A stretch of DNA of 64,000 nt from Orbicella franksi (Eukaryota). Under the pieces are notes generated by a model. The model did not search any database. It saw nothing but the letters and a program-made list of their open reading frames with translations, and was not told the origin of the DNA. Where the stretch lies: positions 26,908,001-26,972,000 of the forward strand of contig OZ116706.1 in assembly GCA_964199315.1 (NCBI GenBank), given 5' to 3'. The position numbers were made by a program, and so were the translations under genes. Positions within the stretch are counted from its first letter, which is position 1. Each line of letters opens with the position of its first letter. This document shows, one piece after another, positions 47,930 through 60,969 of this stretch.

Positions 47930-48219
47930 AAGTCTGCATGCGAGCCAAGTGGCTCATCAGGCCACAGCTTATCACGATTTTGGTAGCATGAAGTGACTAG
48001 CAGTATTTCTACTCCCCCCTGGATGGGATGCTAGTCCATCGCAGGGTTACCCCCAGCATTAAGTTCATCGGTATCCATTTATACACTTGAGTAGAGAAAG
48101 ACACTGTGAGAGTAAAGTGTGTTGCCCAAGAACACAACACAATATCCCCGGCCAGGGCTCGAACCTGGACTGCTCGATCCAGAGACGAGCGCACTAACCA
48201 TGAGGCCACTGCACCTCCC
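47930..48219 (-). mobile_element. tRNA-derived SINE
   Basis: Minus-strand head gggaggtgcagtggcctcatggttagtgcgctcg...ggttcgagccc with Pol III A and B boxes; body shared with 63425..63709. Confidence 0.75.
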
Positions 48220-48900
48220 ACTGCTAACATTTGTGAACACTTTTAAATAGGAAGCACTTTATTGAAAGGGATTTTAAAAACTCTGCTAGTGAGGTACACT
48301 CCTAGATGAGAAGGACTCTGCTCTTATGTAAAAAAAAAACTTTTTTTAAATTATTTTTTATTTTTTTTATATTTTACTTTTTTTATGATAAATACTTGCA
48401 CATATAAGAAGCCTCTCTGCAATAACTACAGGTAATCATATGGATGCGATTTACACTCCAAGTGATATTTGAAAATTCTCTCAAAATTGCGCGAGCCTTT
48501 AGGTGAGTATAATTTGAAAGAATTTTCAAGTGTCACAAGTAGTGTAAATCCTTAATCCTCATACGTTTACTTGAACATTTTTATTATATGACTGAGAAAA
48601 TCACAAGAGCATGCATTTTAATTTGCACTGCAGTGAAAATTAAAAATAAATTAGCCTGCTCTCAGCCAATCACAATGAAGTTATTTTGTCAGTCTTATAC
48701 GTGTAATAATGTATTTAATTAGTAAATAAAAAAGGCTTTAACCACATTCATTAAATCAATATTATTATAAACCCTACAAAGAATTGAACAGGGGATTTAA
48801 CAAAAAGTGTAGAGAAAGACCTCCTAACCTCTGCAGGCTCAGGTTAGCCAATAGCAATTCCCCCCCCCCCCCCCCACCCCTGTAATCTGTTCTCACATAC

Positions 48901-49027
48901 CTGCTACATTCTGTTGTGTATTCTGTGGTGTATTATCAGAGCTACCCAGCAGTGGACCAAGATGAGATAACGATACATGTTCTATGAAAGATGTACCATA
49001 CTTCCGAAAGTACCACCACTCAAATAT
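48901..49027 (-). CDS. ST7: ST7 exon 3
   Basis: [28 protein letters not shown]...; donor gtatgt, phase 1. Confidence 0.93.
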
Positions 49028-49078
49028 CTGTGATAACAGAACGAAAACATGGGAATAAAAGCAACTAAATTACCAAGC

Positions 49079-49163
49079 TATGAAGACATGATTGATCATC
49101 GCAGTTATACACACAACTGCTTAATTTGTGTGTATAACTGCGATGATCAATCATGTCTTCATA
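49079..49163. repeat. Perfect 38-bp-arm hairpin (9-nt loop) in ST7 intron 2
   Basis: tatgaagacatgattgatcatcgcagttatacacacaa / ttgtgtgtataactgcgatgatcaatcatgtcttcata are exact reverse complements. Confidence 0.92.
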
Positions 49164-50411
49164 TCTTTCTCTGCAGTTCAAATATATGATATTTCATATA
49201 TTCCCTTGCATAAATTACCAAGCATTGCCAAAGATGCCTGAATGAAAGAAGTTACTGTAAAATTCTGGTTATGGACTCTGGGTGGGGGAGGGGGGGAGGG
49301 GTTTAGGGGACTTAGAAATTAACAGAAGGGCTACTGGCTACAATTTTACTGTATTTCATGGCCATGTTATTTGAAATAGTAGACACCTACATGTAACTAA
49401 TGATACTATTATGAAGTCATTGCCATTTATGATGGACTAGAAAATGTGAAAACTGATGATTGACATCTTTAAGGCCATTTACTTTCATCAGGTGAAACTC
49501 CTTGCAAGGCTAGCAATTACAACATTATAGATGGTACAGTTAAAATGAAAAGCCAAATTTTGTGATATGACTCAAATATTTTTCTCATTGCAAACGTGGA
49601 TTGAATGATGGCATCGAAACTTATATTTGAACTACATTTTGCACCGGTACCAAAAATCTAATGATTATAGATGTTTCTTTTTGACTAAAAATGTTTTTCA
49701 CTGGAGGAACTTTTTTTAAAGACCATATAACCACTTTAAGTAAAAATCTACTTATGTTCTATCACAAATGCTGTTCTCTGATTGGCTACCCTACTCAATA
49801 TCTATTTCTGTTGTAGATAGTGAGTAGCCCAGCAGTGTACATACGCTTGTTATGAATATGAAGGGTACTTCTTTACGTTTTTGAAGTGTCTGTGAGGTGG
49901 ATTTAGATAATGTTTTGAACGACTAGTAGATTTATACTAAAACAATTAGATTATTTGCTCTCAATTTCTATGCCGATAATTGACCCAGGCTGTGCCCTCG
50001 TCAACTATCACACGATAGAAATCTCAAGCTCATGATCTAATTGTTTTGTAGAATACACGAATCTAGAAAAATCAATTCTTCATGAACACAAAAGGTTACA
50101 GCCACAGTAGTTTTATTTGTAAGGCTCTTATGGATGTAAGATAAAAAAGTATGAAAAGATCTATTAAAATGTCCTCTTGCAAGAGCAGAAAAATTTTCAA
50201 GAACATTATTGAATAACCAGAGAAAGTGTCTCACATCCAGTGAAAATTAAATGTAAATTAAAGTAAAATTCAATGGGTTGGAGTCACATTCACGAAACTA
50301 CATGACTAGTACATATTTATTTAGTGAGACTGTGTCACAACAGATGCTTGGCTGAGTCAATAAACCAACATGGAAATCTTTGCTGGATGACTAAAACACA
50401 ACTAGACTCAC

Positions 50412-50494
50412 AAGAATTATCCCAGATATGAATGAAGATGTTCCCGTGAGAGCAACATAAAACTTAGGAGTCAATGTGTTCAGGAATAGAATAG
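50412..50494 (-). CDS. ST7: ST7 exon 2
   Basis: [28 protein letters not shown]; donor gtgagt, phase 0. Confidence 0.93.
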
Positions 50495-50689
50495 CTGAAA
50501 AAAAAGATAACCATTTTAATTAGTATTTTATGGTGATTTAAATGTGATATATTAGAGATACAGAGAAATCCTGATTTAAAGAACCTGCAATGGTAAAAAA
50601 ACTGGTTTGAAAAGTTGGCAGTTCAAGAAATCCAGGATAAAATTACAATGTTTGACTGAGAGAGGTAAAAGACATTTGGTTCACTGAAG

Positions 50690-51090
50690 CCCAGAAGGGT
50701 GCTCCCAGAAAAGTTGGGTGGGGGTGTGCAGCCCACTTCCCAAAACCCGTACCCTATTTATGACCAAAATCTGTGATTTTTTCTACACTATTTATGACCT
50801 GGCCAAAACTTTGATACCCTATTAATGACCATTGCAGCTGGCACAGTTGCCCTAAACATAAGTTATGAAGGGCTTTTGTTGATGGTCTTATTGATAACGA
50901 TGAAAAAGTAGCTTCTTCTAAGCAACATACCCAATTCAAGACTAGAGTGTTAAAACCATACCCTATTAAAGACCAAAATGGCCAAAATCGATACCTTATT
51001 TATGACCAAAATGGCTGAAAACCCTACTCTTTGGGGCTGCATGTACCTATATAACCCATATAAGGGAGTACCTGCGCACCCACCGGGTGG
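50690..51090. mobile_element. Interspersed repeat with repeated ccctatttatgacc motif (partial copy at ~2110..2230)
   Basis: ggggtgtgcagcc...aaacc..taccctatttatgaccaaa shared between the two loci. Confidence 0.55.
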
Positions 51091-52104
51091 GGGTGGGGGT
51101 TCAAGTTATTAGAAGGTCCAAAAACTCTAGGGTTTGACAAATCAGGTTTCCACTTTTCATCCAAGAGCCTGTTGTTATTGAAGGCATTGAAGAGATACAA
51201 TGGCTTACAAGTTGGTACATAAGAGCTCAGTCCTCTGAAGTATGAAGTGTGAAAAGGATTGCCTTTCACCAGCTTTATTCCAGCTTTTTTTATTAGTTTT
51301 GTTTCTCTGCCCACTGTATTTTCACCACAGATTGAGCAGCAGGGTAGTTACAAGTTTGTCTTTTGAAGCAGGACATTTTATACGCATAACACCTCTTTCA
51401 ACCCAGGAACAGAACACCAATGGTTGATTGGCTCGCAACTATTTATACACTGAGAAGCAATGTGGGTATACTTGTACAACTGGAAGTGTCTGAAGGTTGT
51501 ACAGTACAGAGTGGAAATCATTTTAACATTAACTAACCAAAAAAACAATAGTGTAAGAAACACATGGTTTGGAAAAAATATTTCAAGTTCATGTATGACA
51601 GAGTGACTGCTATCTTCCCTCCCCTCCCCAAACTTAAACAAGACTTTCAATTCCATGAAGTAGTATAACTACCAAAAAGATCAAAAGGTCATTCAACAAA
51701 ATACAACCTTAATTTTCTTTAACATACAATCTAGGGCTACAAATATGAAAGCAACCTCAAAATGGACATAATTATAAGCTCATCTTAAATCTAATGCATT
51801 TTAGTAAGTTGCATTTGAAAAAAAGAGTCAAACGCAAACAATGAATGCGAATCGGTAAAAACAGCTGACAACACAGTAACATCCGGTCTGTCCTTTTCGA
51901 TTCATTTCTCGAATAAAATTCGTCTCGAACCAGAAAAAAATACAGCAATGGAACTAAGTATCCACATTTAAAATGCAACTGATTTATTGTCTACGATATT
52001 ACTCATTTTACCTGTAATTACCAGGGAGATTTGCGTTTTTTAGGAAAAAAAGGGAGAGAGCGGCGCAAATTAATTTCTTGATCAAATGAAGATCGATAAC
52101 TTAC

Positions 52105-52264
52105 CTAAATTTAAGTTTTCCTTCAGGCGAAGTGGAGTGCGAAGTACATAGAGCAAGAAGATAACCAGAAGAAACCAAAACCCCCACAGATACGTCCATG
52201 ACCAGCCGATCCATTGCTTAATTTTACTAATTGATCGCTGAACACCGCTCGTCTCGTCCGCCAT
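52105..52264 (-). CDS. ST7: ST7 exon 1
   Basis: MADETSG...[36 protein letters not shown]; donor gtaagt, phase 1. Confidence 0.93.
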
Positions 52265-52352
52265 TTTGGATCACTAAAAATAAAACCTACGCGCTTGCGC
52301 ACAATGGCTCAGTTCTGCACGAGATCCAGGTTTCGCGCGGTTAAACCGCGCG
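52257..52352 (-). promoter_or_regulatory. Putative ST7 core promoter / start-codon element (TISU/YY1-like, NRF1-like, E2F-like motifs)
   Basis: CAAAATGGCGGA spans the ATG (10/12 to SAASATGGCGGC); gcgcttgcgc at 52291; tttcgcgc at 52331 overlapping the inverted repeat cgcgcggtt-a-aaccgcgcg; local CpG enrichment. Confidence 0.4.
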
Positions 52353-53541
52353 CTTTGCAATGTCTTTTCACACAAAATACACCAAACAAGCCAAGGATAA
52401 CGCTATCCACTGAAGAAATCACTATCCAGCGGATAACGTGGTTTGTTTTGTCAACACTTATCCATTAGATAGCAATTTGTCCGGTGGATAGCGTTATTCA
52501 GCCCTCGATCAACTGGAGCCAGTTGTACACAGCCCCGTTACAGTCACAAATTCGTGCAATACAGTTTTCGAACAATACGTTTTCACAGAACATGTACAGT
52601 TGCCAATTCGAACTCGGTTATTTTGAATTCCCCAAATAGATATATGGATGAAGGAAAAATAAAAGAACTAATTGATTAACCATAAGTGAACAAAGGAACA
52701 AGGACGACAAGAGACAGTAGAATCAGCAAGGCTAACTTTTGACAAAGAGACAATCCACCCAGCAGCTTAACCGGCGAGTCACAGTTTTCAAATCTTTGTA
52801 ATGTCTGTTGAGATTGAATAAATGGCACGTCGGCTTGGCTGTCCAACGCGCCCAATTTAATCACGATATTTATGTGTGTCCGGATGAGAAGTGGAGACAA
52901 AATGTGAACAAAACAACATCGTTACTCTGAAATCCGCTCAGAGCCTAGCACATCGAATGGTACCGACATCTACCATTCGATGTGACCGACACTTTTAAAA
53001 CACGCATATTGTGTCACTTAAATTTCTTAGCCATAACAGCTTAATTATTTGATAAACTCAAGATGAAAGATTCCGCTAATCTGCCTAATCACCAAGACTC
53101 AAGCACAAGGGTCAAGGATGTATGTCAAGATATCTCCGTTGGTTTCTATCCGGAACAAAAGGTACAATATCGATATCAATCTAATAGAAAGGTCGGCTCT
53201 TTACTCTTCGTAATTTTCTTCGTTTGAATTTTTTTTTTTTTAAAGCAAACAAACAAACAACAACAAACAAAAAGAAACAACTGAAAACTTCTAATTACAA
53301 CGCGAGATTTGAGACTTTTGAAAACTGACTCAATATTTTGTACCTCAAGTAGGGCGCAGTTCATCTTGCACCTTGAAGTACTTACCTTCAGTGGTTTCTC
53401 TCAGACAACCCTTATCACCAGCTTACGTAAACTCAAGGCATCTTTTTACTTTACATAAAGGTAATTAATTTAGCCGGCAAAAGACACACAACTAATTGTC
53501 GGCTCTTATCTAAGTGAAACTAACAAAATCACGCAAGAGTT

Positions 53542-53898
53542 AGGCCCCGTCCAACCTACGCCGAGCAATTTGAAAACGGAGGTTTCACTCTGAAAATGTA
53601 TCAGACGTTTTCCGTCCACACTGCGCCGGAGGAATTCAAAAACGCAACAATCACCGGTCATTTTGTTTTTGCGTTTGAGGAAAACTCGGTCAGGGAAATC
53701 ACACGATTATCGTGACACCATCGCCGTTCGAAAAGCTCGATTTTCAAAATGTTCTCCGTCCACACGAAAACACAAAGCCGGCGTTTTCAAATTTGAAGAA
53801 CATTTTCGAAAAGCTCCGTTTTCGTGACGGGTAAGTGTGGACCGTAAGAAAGAAAGTTGCGTTTTCAAATTCCTCCCGCGTAATGTGGACACCGCCTT
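53542..53898. mobile_element. PIF/Harbinger-like MITE, family B, copy 3
   Basis: ttAGGCCCCGTCCA ... TGTGGACACCGCCTtaa with TTA/TAA-type flanks; homologous to 24858..25216 and 28327..28683. Confidence 0.7.
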
Positions 53899-56537
53899 AA
53901 ACAGACTTCATTCAAGTTACTCGTTCAGAGAAATCTTGTGATGCGGAAACACCTTGCAATTGCAACGTTGCGCAACAGTTTTAGTGGACGTGACTAAGTA
54001 TAAATATACGCTGAATTTTGCGCAGGATTTCTAACGTTGTAAGCAAGTTCTAAAATGCTCCAGACGACTAGTAAACCACCAAAAAAGAATGAAATCCCAG
54101 CTCAGTACTTAAGCTTTCAAAGGAGAACTGATAAAAATCATCTTACTGGGTTAAAAGTTGAAAAGGCGGGAGCAAAGAGCGTAATCGTGTCACGTAATTG
54201 CACGCAATGAACAAACCAACAAAGTTCAATGTTGCAGAACTTCGCGTGCTTCAAGTTACGCCTGACAGTTTCAGGAAAAGACTAGACATTGCACGAAATA
54301 TAATGTTCTATCGGGTGTCTGCATGCTGGACATTTTCAAGTCTAAAGATTTTTGTAAAAAAAAATGGTGTTTGACAGTACATTTTGGGATGTTTTATCGC
54401 TGAAAACTCCTTCCTAATTTACAGTATTATATTTACAGCGTTATTCTAATGAACATAAGGTTTTCTACCCAAACATGGCTGACCCTGCTCCTTGAAATTT
54501 CATACAATCCTCCTAGATCCTGAATTCACTGTTAAATTAATTATCTAATTAGAGGAGGGAGTGGACAATAGATTGCTGCCTGATTTCAGAAAGTTAGACG
54601 ATAAAGGGAGACATGAGAGTGTTCCTGACGAAAAGAAGATGTTGTTCTATTGGGCACGTGCGAGTGCTCATCTGTAGGAAAGCTGCAGATGATTACCGTT
54701 TCAAATGGACAACTGAAACAGTGGCCGTCCCAAGTCCATATGAAGGAGGGAGCGGTAGAGCATCAGGCTTTAAAAAAAACCCTTGAACTGGGGCAAGATT
54801 TACGGCTTATAATGGGCCAGGAGGAATTAAATGGGGTGACCTTGTGGATGTCCCATAAGACATTTAGACCATTTGACGTCTAAAGAAATGAGAATAAGAA
54901 AATTTTCCCGCAAATATAAACTCTTCCTTTACACCAACGTATTCCGTAAACTGAGAAAGAGCCTTGTTATAGCTACATTTGTCTTAAATACCTTGAGTAT
55001 TCAGACTGTTAATATCTCAGAAATCCGAAAAATATTCCGCACTATTTGCCACCAGACTAGCCGTATTTCGTGCTACGCTTGCAACCTCAGTAGAAATACC
55101 GTGAAAAACCGCGAACTGGTCTCGGGCATTTTAGGCTACATTGTACGAATTCCTTCTTGACACGCGCCCTACTAGTTTGGGAAATAAAATCACGCGAAGT
55201 GAAGCAAACATTTTTCGACCTCGGTGGGATCTGATCGTAATCGACATCCTGTGGTTTGATTTCCCTTCAAGGCAAACGCCCATTTTACCAACCCTCACGT
55301 CCGCTATCTCACAAGAGTCACGCACAAAGATACCCCAGTGATCGATCGACCTATCTTATATTGCTCGTTCGGATCTTTTAAAATCAACAACTAGTGGAAT
55401 GCGACTAATATATCTTAAGCTTAAGTATTTGGTTAAACGAGAACAAAAGAGGAGTTAAGGACCATAAAGCGAAAATTGCAATTCATTTTTCTCTTTATTT
55501 GAGATCTAGGCCGCATAATGGAGAAAAAGCAAAGAAAAGGTACTTTTAGCAGAGTGGCATGGCAATCGGGCCACACTAACTGTACTCTCCCGTTTCTCTG
55601 GTTGTTCCATTCCTCTGCACATTTTGGCTTCATTGCTAAAATCAATTTTTGCATACTAATGATGCCTTATCTCCTTTTCCGACGAGATTATTTTCTTTTT
55701 CATGGAAAAGGCTCTGTTCCCTGCTGTTCAAACAGGCAAAACGGGCCGTTTTCAATTCGTATTTTGAACTAAGATGCTTAAAAAAATCCTGGCTCAAACG
55801 GATGTATCTATCGTGTTAAAGGCAAATATAAATTTGTTACTTTAAAGCCCGTGGTGGCTCGTAGTCGCACAATTACCAACCCGTTGTATTGGTGCTGCCG
55901 GGAATAAATTTTCGCCTTCTCAAAATGTAGCTCTGTTCCTAGTCTCTTGAAAACTGACCTTTCAGCGCTGACTCATGACTGCAAGAACCCTTAACATTCC
56001 TGACTAAAAGAGACCTGTATATTTTATTGAGAAGTTGCGCTGTGGGGGTTCGAGAGCACGGTGCGCGGTTCCCACTTGAACATTTGAGTTTCAAAACCTC
56101 ATAATTACGTATCAATGGGCAGGTGTTCAATAATTACATTCTTTTTGCGTCAGTGGAAATAGCAAGGACACTCGGCAGTTTCAGAAGTTCAGGCATCCAG
56201 GGTACTCTTAAATAGCTATTAATAACTGAATAATGACTTTGGTGTCTAGATGATATTTTTGATCGGGGTAAATTCAGTGAACAAATAAAAAGAAATCATT
56301 GTTGCAGATCCCTACCTAGACTGAAACATTTTCTAACAACGTCCTGTTTGTGAAAAGCAAAAGAGTCGGCAGGTTGCTACGTCGATAAAGCTTTATTTGG
56401 AATATAGCCTCTAGACTGCAAGAGCTCGGTTAAGAAATATGAACTGCCAGCAATGAGCAAACCTGGAAAAATTGAAGCCACATTAATGTTAGAGAGAGAC
56501 TGCTGATAACAACGCTCAGTGATGAATTACAAGACAA

Positions 56538-56701
56538 CGAGCAGTCTCTCTCTTGCTCGAAAATCCGCGGGGAAGAACGCAAAGAAGTGAGTACGTAAGT
56601 GAGGGCTTCGCATATCACGCTCGCACGCTCACGACCGCTCACTTCTTCTTTGCGTTCTTCCCCGCGGATTTTCGAGCATAAGAGAGACTGTTCGCACTCT
56701 A
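56538..56701. mobile_element. Palindromic MITE-like element
   Basis: cgagcagtctctc...ctcgaaaatccgcggggaagaacgcaaagaag pairs with cttctttgcgttcttccccgcggattttcgag...gagagactgttcg. Confidence 0.65.
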
Positions 56702-57261
56702 ATGAATCACTGGAGTCAAAAACTGAATCCGTGACTATATTCATTCAACTACAAGGCCGAAAGCATAGCTTTCTTTAGTACTTTCTTGTATCCCGCTGCA
56801 AGTCTGCACGCTTCCTACGTTTTGTCGTCTTGTTCGAGACCTACATGCGATGGCACGCGCGCGAGAGACACGCGAGAGAATCAAACGCACGGACTTCATA
56901 CGTCTCTATACGCAAGCCCCCAGTCATTCATTTGCAAAACGTTTCCTTGTGCGTGCTGTCTAGAAAGATAATTTGTTCAACAGGGCATTCACAACAGTCT
57001 ACACCCATAGAAAGTAAAAATACGGTTCTCAAGTTGACAAAACATTTTTTCCGGATCGACGTTCTGGCTACAGGAATCTAGCTATTTCCTTTTTCCACTT
57101 TCTGGATCAAAGTGTCTCCCTTGTTTTCAGTTAATTACGTTGTTTCGACCTTCTTCCTTGACTAAACTGCTTCCAAACTACGGCGTCTTGTCCGTAAAGA
57201 CCATGGTTCGATCTTGACTGGCAGTTAATAGTTCAGTCTCACCTCCATTCATTTTCACATT

Positions 57262-57448
57262 AACAAATCGAATGTGGTTTAGTGTTGTCTGTACTCTTAT
57301 CGATAACGATATGCGTCATTACAGTGGTCAAAATGTTGTGGACTCATGAGGAGCAGCCGAGTGAGTACACAACAAATTTTGACCGTTGTGATGACGCATA
57401 TCGTTGTCGATAAGAGTACAGACAACGCTAAACCACATGCGATTTGTT
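57262..57448. repeat. Long imperfect hairpin (~85-bp arms), probably MITE-derived
   Basis: aacaaatcgaatgtggtttagtgttgtctgtactcttatcga... pairs with ...tcgataagagtacagacaacgctaaaccacatgcgatttgtt. Confidence 0.8.
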
Positions 57449-59902
57449 TTTTACCACAATATCAACGTCAAAGAGAGTGTTTTGTCAGAGCGTGACCAAG
57501 AGCGTGACACACGAGCAGCGTTGTCTGGACTCTTATCGACAACGGCAAATTAACCAATCAGATTGCGAGATTAGTAGCAATTGTGGTAAAATTGTAATTT
57601 GCATGTAAATCTTATCGGGATCACATCTGAAGCAATGGGAAATTGTTTGCACCGTCTGCTTTCGTATAAACACTGGTGATCTTCAATTCAGTGATTCGTG
57701 CCTTTTCGAACATAGCGGAAAACCGCGGGTTTACGGAGCAATCCGAAGCTTTCCTGTTTTGATTGTCTTTTCCTCCGCAATGCTATCATAGTGATGCTAT
57801 GAATGCTGCGCCGGTTTTACTTGTGAGGTCTTTAGTGAGAAATTTAAATAAGAGTAGTGGGCAAAAGTGACATCATATGGGCACGAAAAACGTAAAATTG
57901 CACCACCAGTTAAACTGAATGCGATGGGAAAAAAAACTACAACATTTCCGTCCATTCAAGTGTTCAGTCGCATAATTATAGTGCGAAACGCGTTTTCGAT
58001 TTGATGTGGAGGTTTGCGCGCGAACAAATTGCCGCAAATGAGCTGACGGATTAAATTCAAGTGCAAAATTCACACTTACACAAGATTACCGCGAATCTAT
58101 CTACTCACGCCAAACGGAACAAATCTTGTTAGAAAGTGGAAAGTATCATACTAACATGATTACAGAGATGATTGCTGTCTTTTAAAAATCGATTAGCTTC
58201 TTAAGAAGTGTAAATACAAATGTAAGCTACCGGAAAGCTTCATCAAGAAAGTGGCGAAATAAGTGAGTGCCGTCGAATCGGGTTTTGAACAAATTGAACC
58301 AGTCTTTAATTCAGTCAAGTTCATGAAAAATTCCTCATAATAAAAATACTGGCTGAAAATCGTCTGATGACGTCCCTTGAGAAAGCAACCGAAAAGAAGT
58401 TGAGCCGTGTTTAAAAGATGTTCGTCTTCATAATTATAATTTTTTTTCAAGTCTTTCCACACACTCGTTAAGACGTGAGCATAATAAAATTTGACGAGCT
58501 AATAATCAAGGCGGCGGCCGACAACAACCCACTCTTTTATCTAACGCTTCTTTAATTATTTCGCTGTTCGTCGCACACCATCCGGTCTTTATGCTTTTAT
58601 TTCCTACGGCTTTCAAAGACCAATTGTGCTGCTTGCTAAGTGAAATGATGACCTCTAGCACGAACATGTTCGTCGGCCGTTTAACCCGTTACTGTGAAGT
58701 ACGCCTCACTGATCGAGCCGACGCGCTGATTTTTTTACATTGTGTGTATTAGCAATCGCAGAGTTTGTAATAGCATTTTTGTTGTCAGTAATGTTAATAG
58801 ATTGTTTACGTCGGGACAAACGTTTTTGTACCCCCGACATATTATCATAAGTGAGACAAAGCACACAAAGAGCTCGTCACTAGCTCTGACTGAGCGGAGC
58901 GTTTAACGCGCACGTATGAAACACGTCTAGCTTACGAGAAGAAATCTGGATCTTTGAAGTTTAAAAGAAGAAAGCAAGAGGTTTCCCTGTTTAAAGTCGT
59001 TAAATTTTGAGTTAGTCTATTCTAAATGCCGCCCTAATAGCCTTAACACGATCATTAGGCGAGCATGACACCCTTATACAATTCAATGAAGAAACGCTAA
59101 TTACTCAAAGACGTCCGCTTTCTTCAAGTAATAATTCACTTGGGATAAGGAGCGTCGGCATGTTAAATAACTCCACCTGTGTCGATAAATGGAAATCAAT
59201 GAAATCATTTAGCTTGGTTATAAATTCATTTAAACGAGGTCATCGCGTCCAACCTCGCCGATGCATGAAAAGGTGGTCCTTATAGCAGAACGCTAAGCAA
59301 ATTAGATTGTAAACTTGTGGGACCCGCAAGTGAAACATTACTGTTGACACTAAATACTGGTAAAAGGTTTAAATATACAAACAAACTGATCAAAACTCTC
59401 TATTGTTCTTATGTGGCTTTACTGTGATGAAAAAGACCTCATTCAATATCAATTACAAACGTTTCTTAGAATACTTAAGGTCGTTTTATCGAGCTGTTTC
59501 GCCAGTTAATGCAATACACTGACTGATGGGTTGTACGCTGATGAACGGACGAAAAAAAAATCTGGGAGTTATTTTCTATATTGATACTTCGTGCGTCAGT
59601 GAATTTATACTCTTGTATGAATAATAGCAATAAAGAGATTGTTCTTCACTTCAAGCGCGCCGCCCTTTAATTCGACTTGAGTTTTATCGTCTGGACCAAT
59701 CAGAACTGCTATGAGCTATGTACTATCTTAAGCGCTATTGTGAAGTAATTTTAATACCCCCAAACTCACATACCAAAGAACTGAGCAATGATATATAGCT
59801 AATACAACGCAGACGACAGTTTTAATAGCTTGAACTCTACGGAGACACACGGGATTGTTAATAATAGCGCGCGCCAAAAATACGGCTTGGACGACATTTA
59901 AG

Positions 59903-59976
59903 ATGCAGATCAGCAATGTTTGGCTTTTCAGTCTCCTTCTATTTACATTTCCGACCCATTCGACATCTCACTGGTG
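59903..59976 (+). CDS. WNT2: Wnt2 exon 1 (signal peptide)
   Basis: MQISNVWLFSLLLFTFPTHSTSHW-W, donor gtaagc, phase 2 (human WNT2 exon 1 also ends in SWW). Confidence 0.85.
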
Positions 59977-60129
59977 GTAAGCTATGTCCAACAACCTCCA
60001 CTTTAAGAAGATTATGAGAATATCTTGATATCCTCTCTAGGAATTGTTCACAGTTCACTGAATTAATGTTGAACTCAGTGACTTGCGGGTGCTAAACAGA
60101 ATTGATTTGTTTGTTTGTATGGTCACTAG

Positions 60130-60359
60130 GTTTATGTCGCAAGTGTTCGCATTGGGTGCTAAAATCATGTGTAATAACATTGCCGGACTGGTTAACTACC
60201 AACGGCAACTCTGCCGAGAGAACCCAGATGTTATGGTTAGCATCGGAAAAGGTGCAAAGCTCGGTGTAGAGGAATGTCAGCATCAGTTTAAAGACCAAAG
60301 ATGGAATTGTTCTACTGTGGCGCGAGATGTGAGCGTGTTTGGAAAAGTTATGCGTAGAG
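60130..60359 (+). CDS. WNT2: Wnt2 exon 2
   Basis: CNNIAGLVNYQRQLC..NPDVM...ECQHQFKDQRWNCST; donor gtaaga, phase 1. Confidence 0.92.
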
Positions 60360-60703
60360 GTAAGAAATTATCCCAAAATTCATCAAAGCTATTTCTTTTA
60401 TAAAGCGTTTATTAGGAGTTTAGAACTACGGAAATGAGCAATTATTCAGTAGAATCAGAAAAGTAGAGGAACCCGTTACAGACGGTGAAAGTCACACCAA
60501 AAAAGCGTTTTAAGAGCGAGAGTGTCAGTTCTTCAGATACTTAATCTTGACTGATATGACTTCAAGAGTTACTCAAAGCACTCGTAAAGTTGATCAGTTA
60601 CATCAAACAGAAACCAAGGGACAAAAACTGTATTAAAAGATCAAAACCTTTTTCCTTAGTCAGCGGGTTTTAATTTTATTCTGTTTATCTTGACTTCTGA
60701 CAG

Positions 60704-60969
60704 CGAGCAGGGAGAGCGCGTTCGTGTATGCCATTTCTTCAGCTGGTGTTGTTCATGAAGTGACACGCGCGTGTAGTCGCGGCGAACTTAGAGATTGCAC
60801 TTGCGACACGAATCGCAAAGGAAGAAGTCGGAAAGGCTTCGAGTGGGGTGGATGTAGCGACAACATTGCCTACGGTCTGAGATTTGCCAAGTTATTTGTG
60901 GATTCTCGGGAACGAGAGCGAGACGCCAGAGCAAAGATGAACCTCCACAACAACTTTGTCGGACGAAGG
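60704..60969 (+). CDS. WNT2: Wnt2 exon 3
   Basis: [30 protein letters not shown]...[16 protein letters not shown]...[11 protein letters not shown]; donor gtgagc, phase 0. Confidence 0.93.

Larger units (their letters stand above)
40500..52264 (-). other. ST7: Gene model: suppressor of tumorigenicity 7 (ST7/ST7L orthologue), 18 coding exons, 548 aa
   Basis: All 18 exons have AG/GT boundaries with matching phases; total 1647 nt; long blocks match human ST7 ([54 protein letters not shown]). Confidence 0.96.
59903..60969 (+). other. WNT2: Gene model (5-prime part): Wnt2; join(59903..59976,60130..60359,60704..60969); remaining exons lie beyond the window
   Basis: Signal peptide plus Wnt Cys pattern; intron phases 2/1/0 as in Wnt2 genes; no KCHGxSGSC exon found up to position 64000. 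Confidence 0.88.

Noticed and set aside
48140-48219. tRNA-like sequence on the minus strand
   Set aside because: It is the head of a multicopy SINE, not a complete cloverleaf tRNA gene.
51024-51656. ORFs of 61-96 aa in ST7 intron 1
   Set aside because: No similarity to ST7 or any motif I recognise; partly derived from a repeat.
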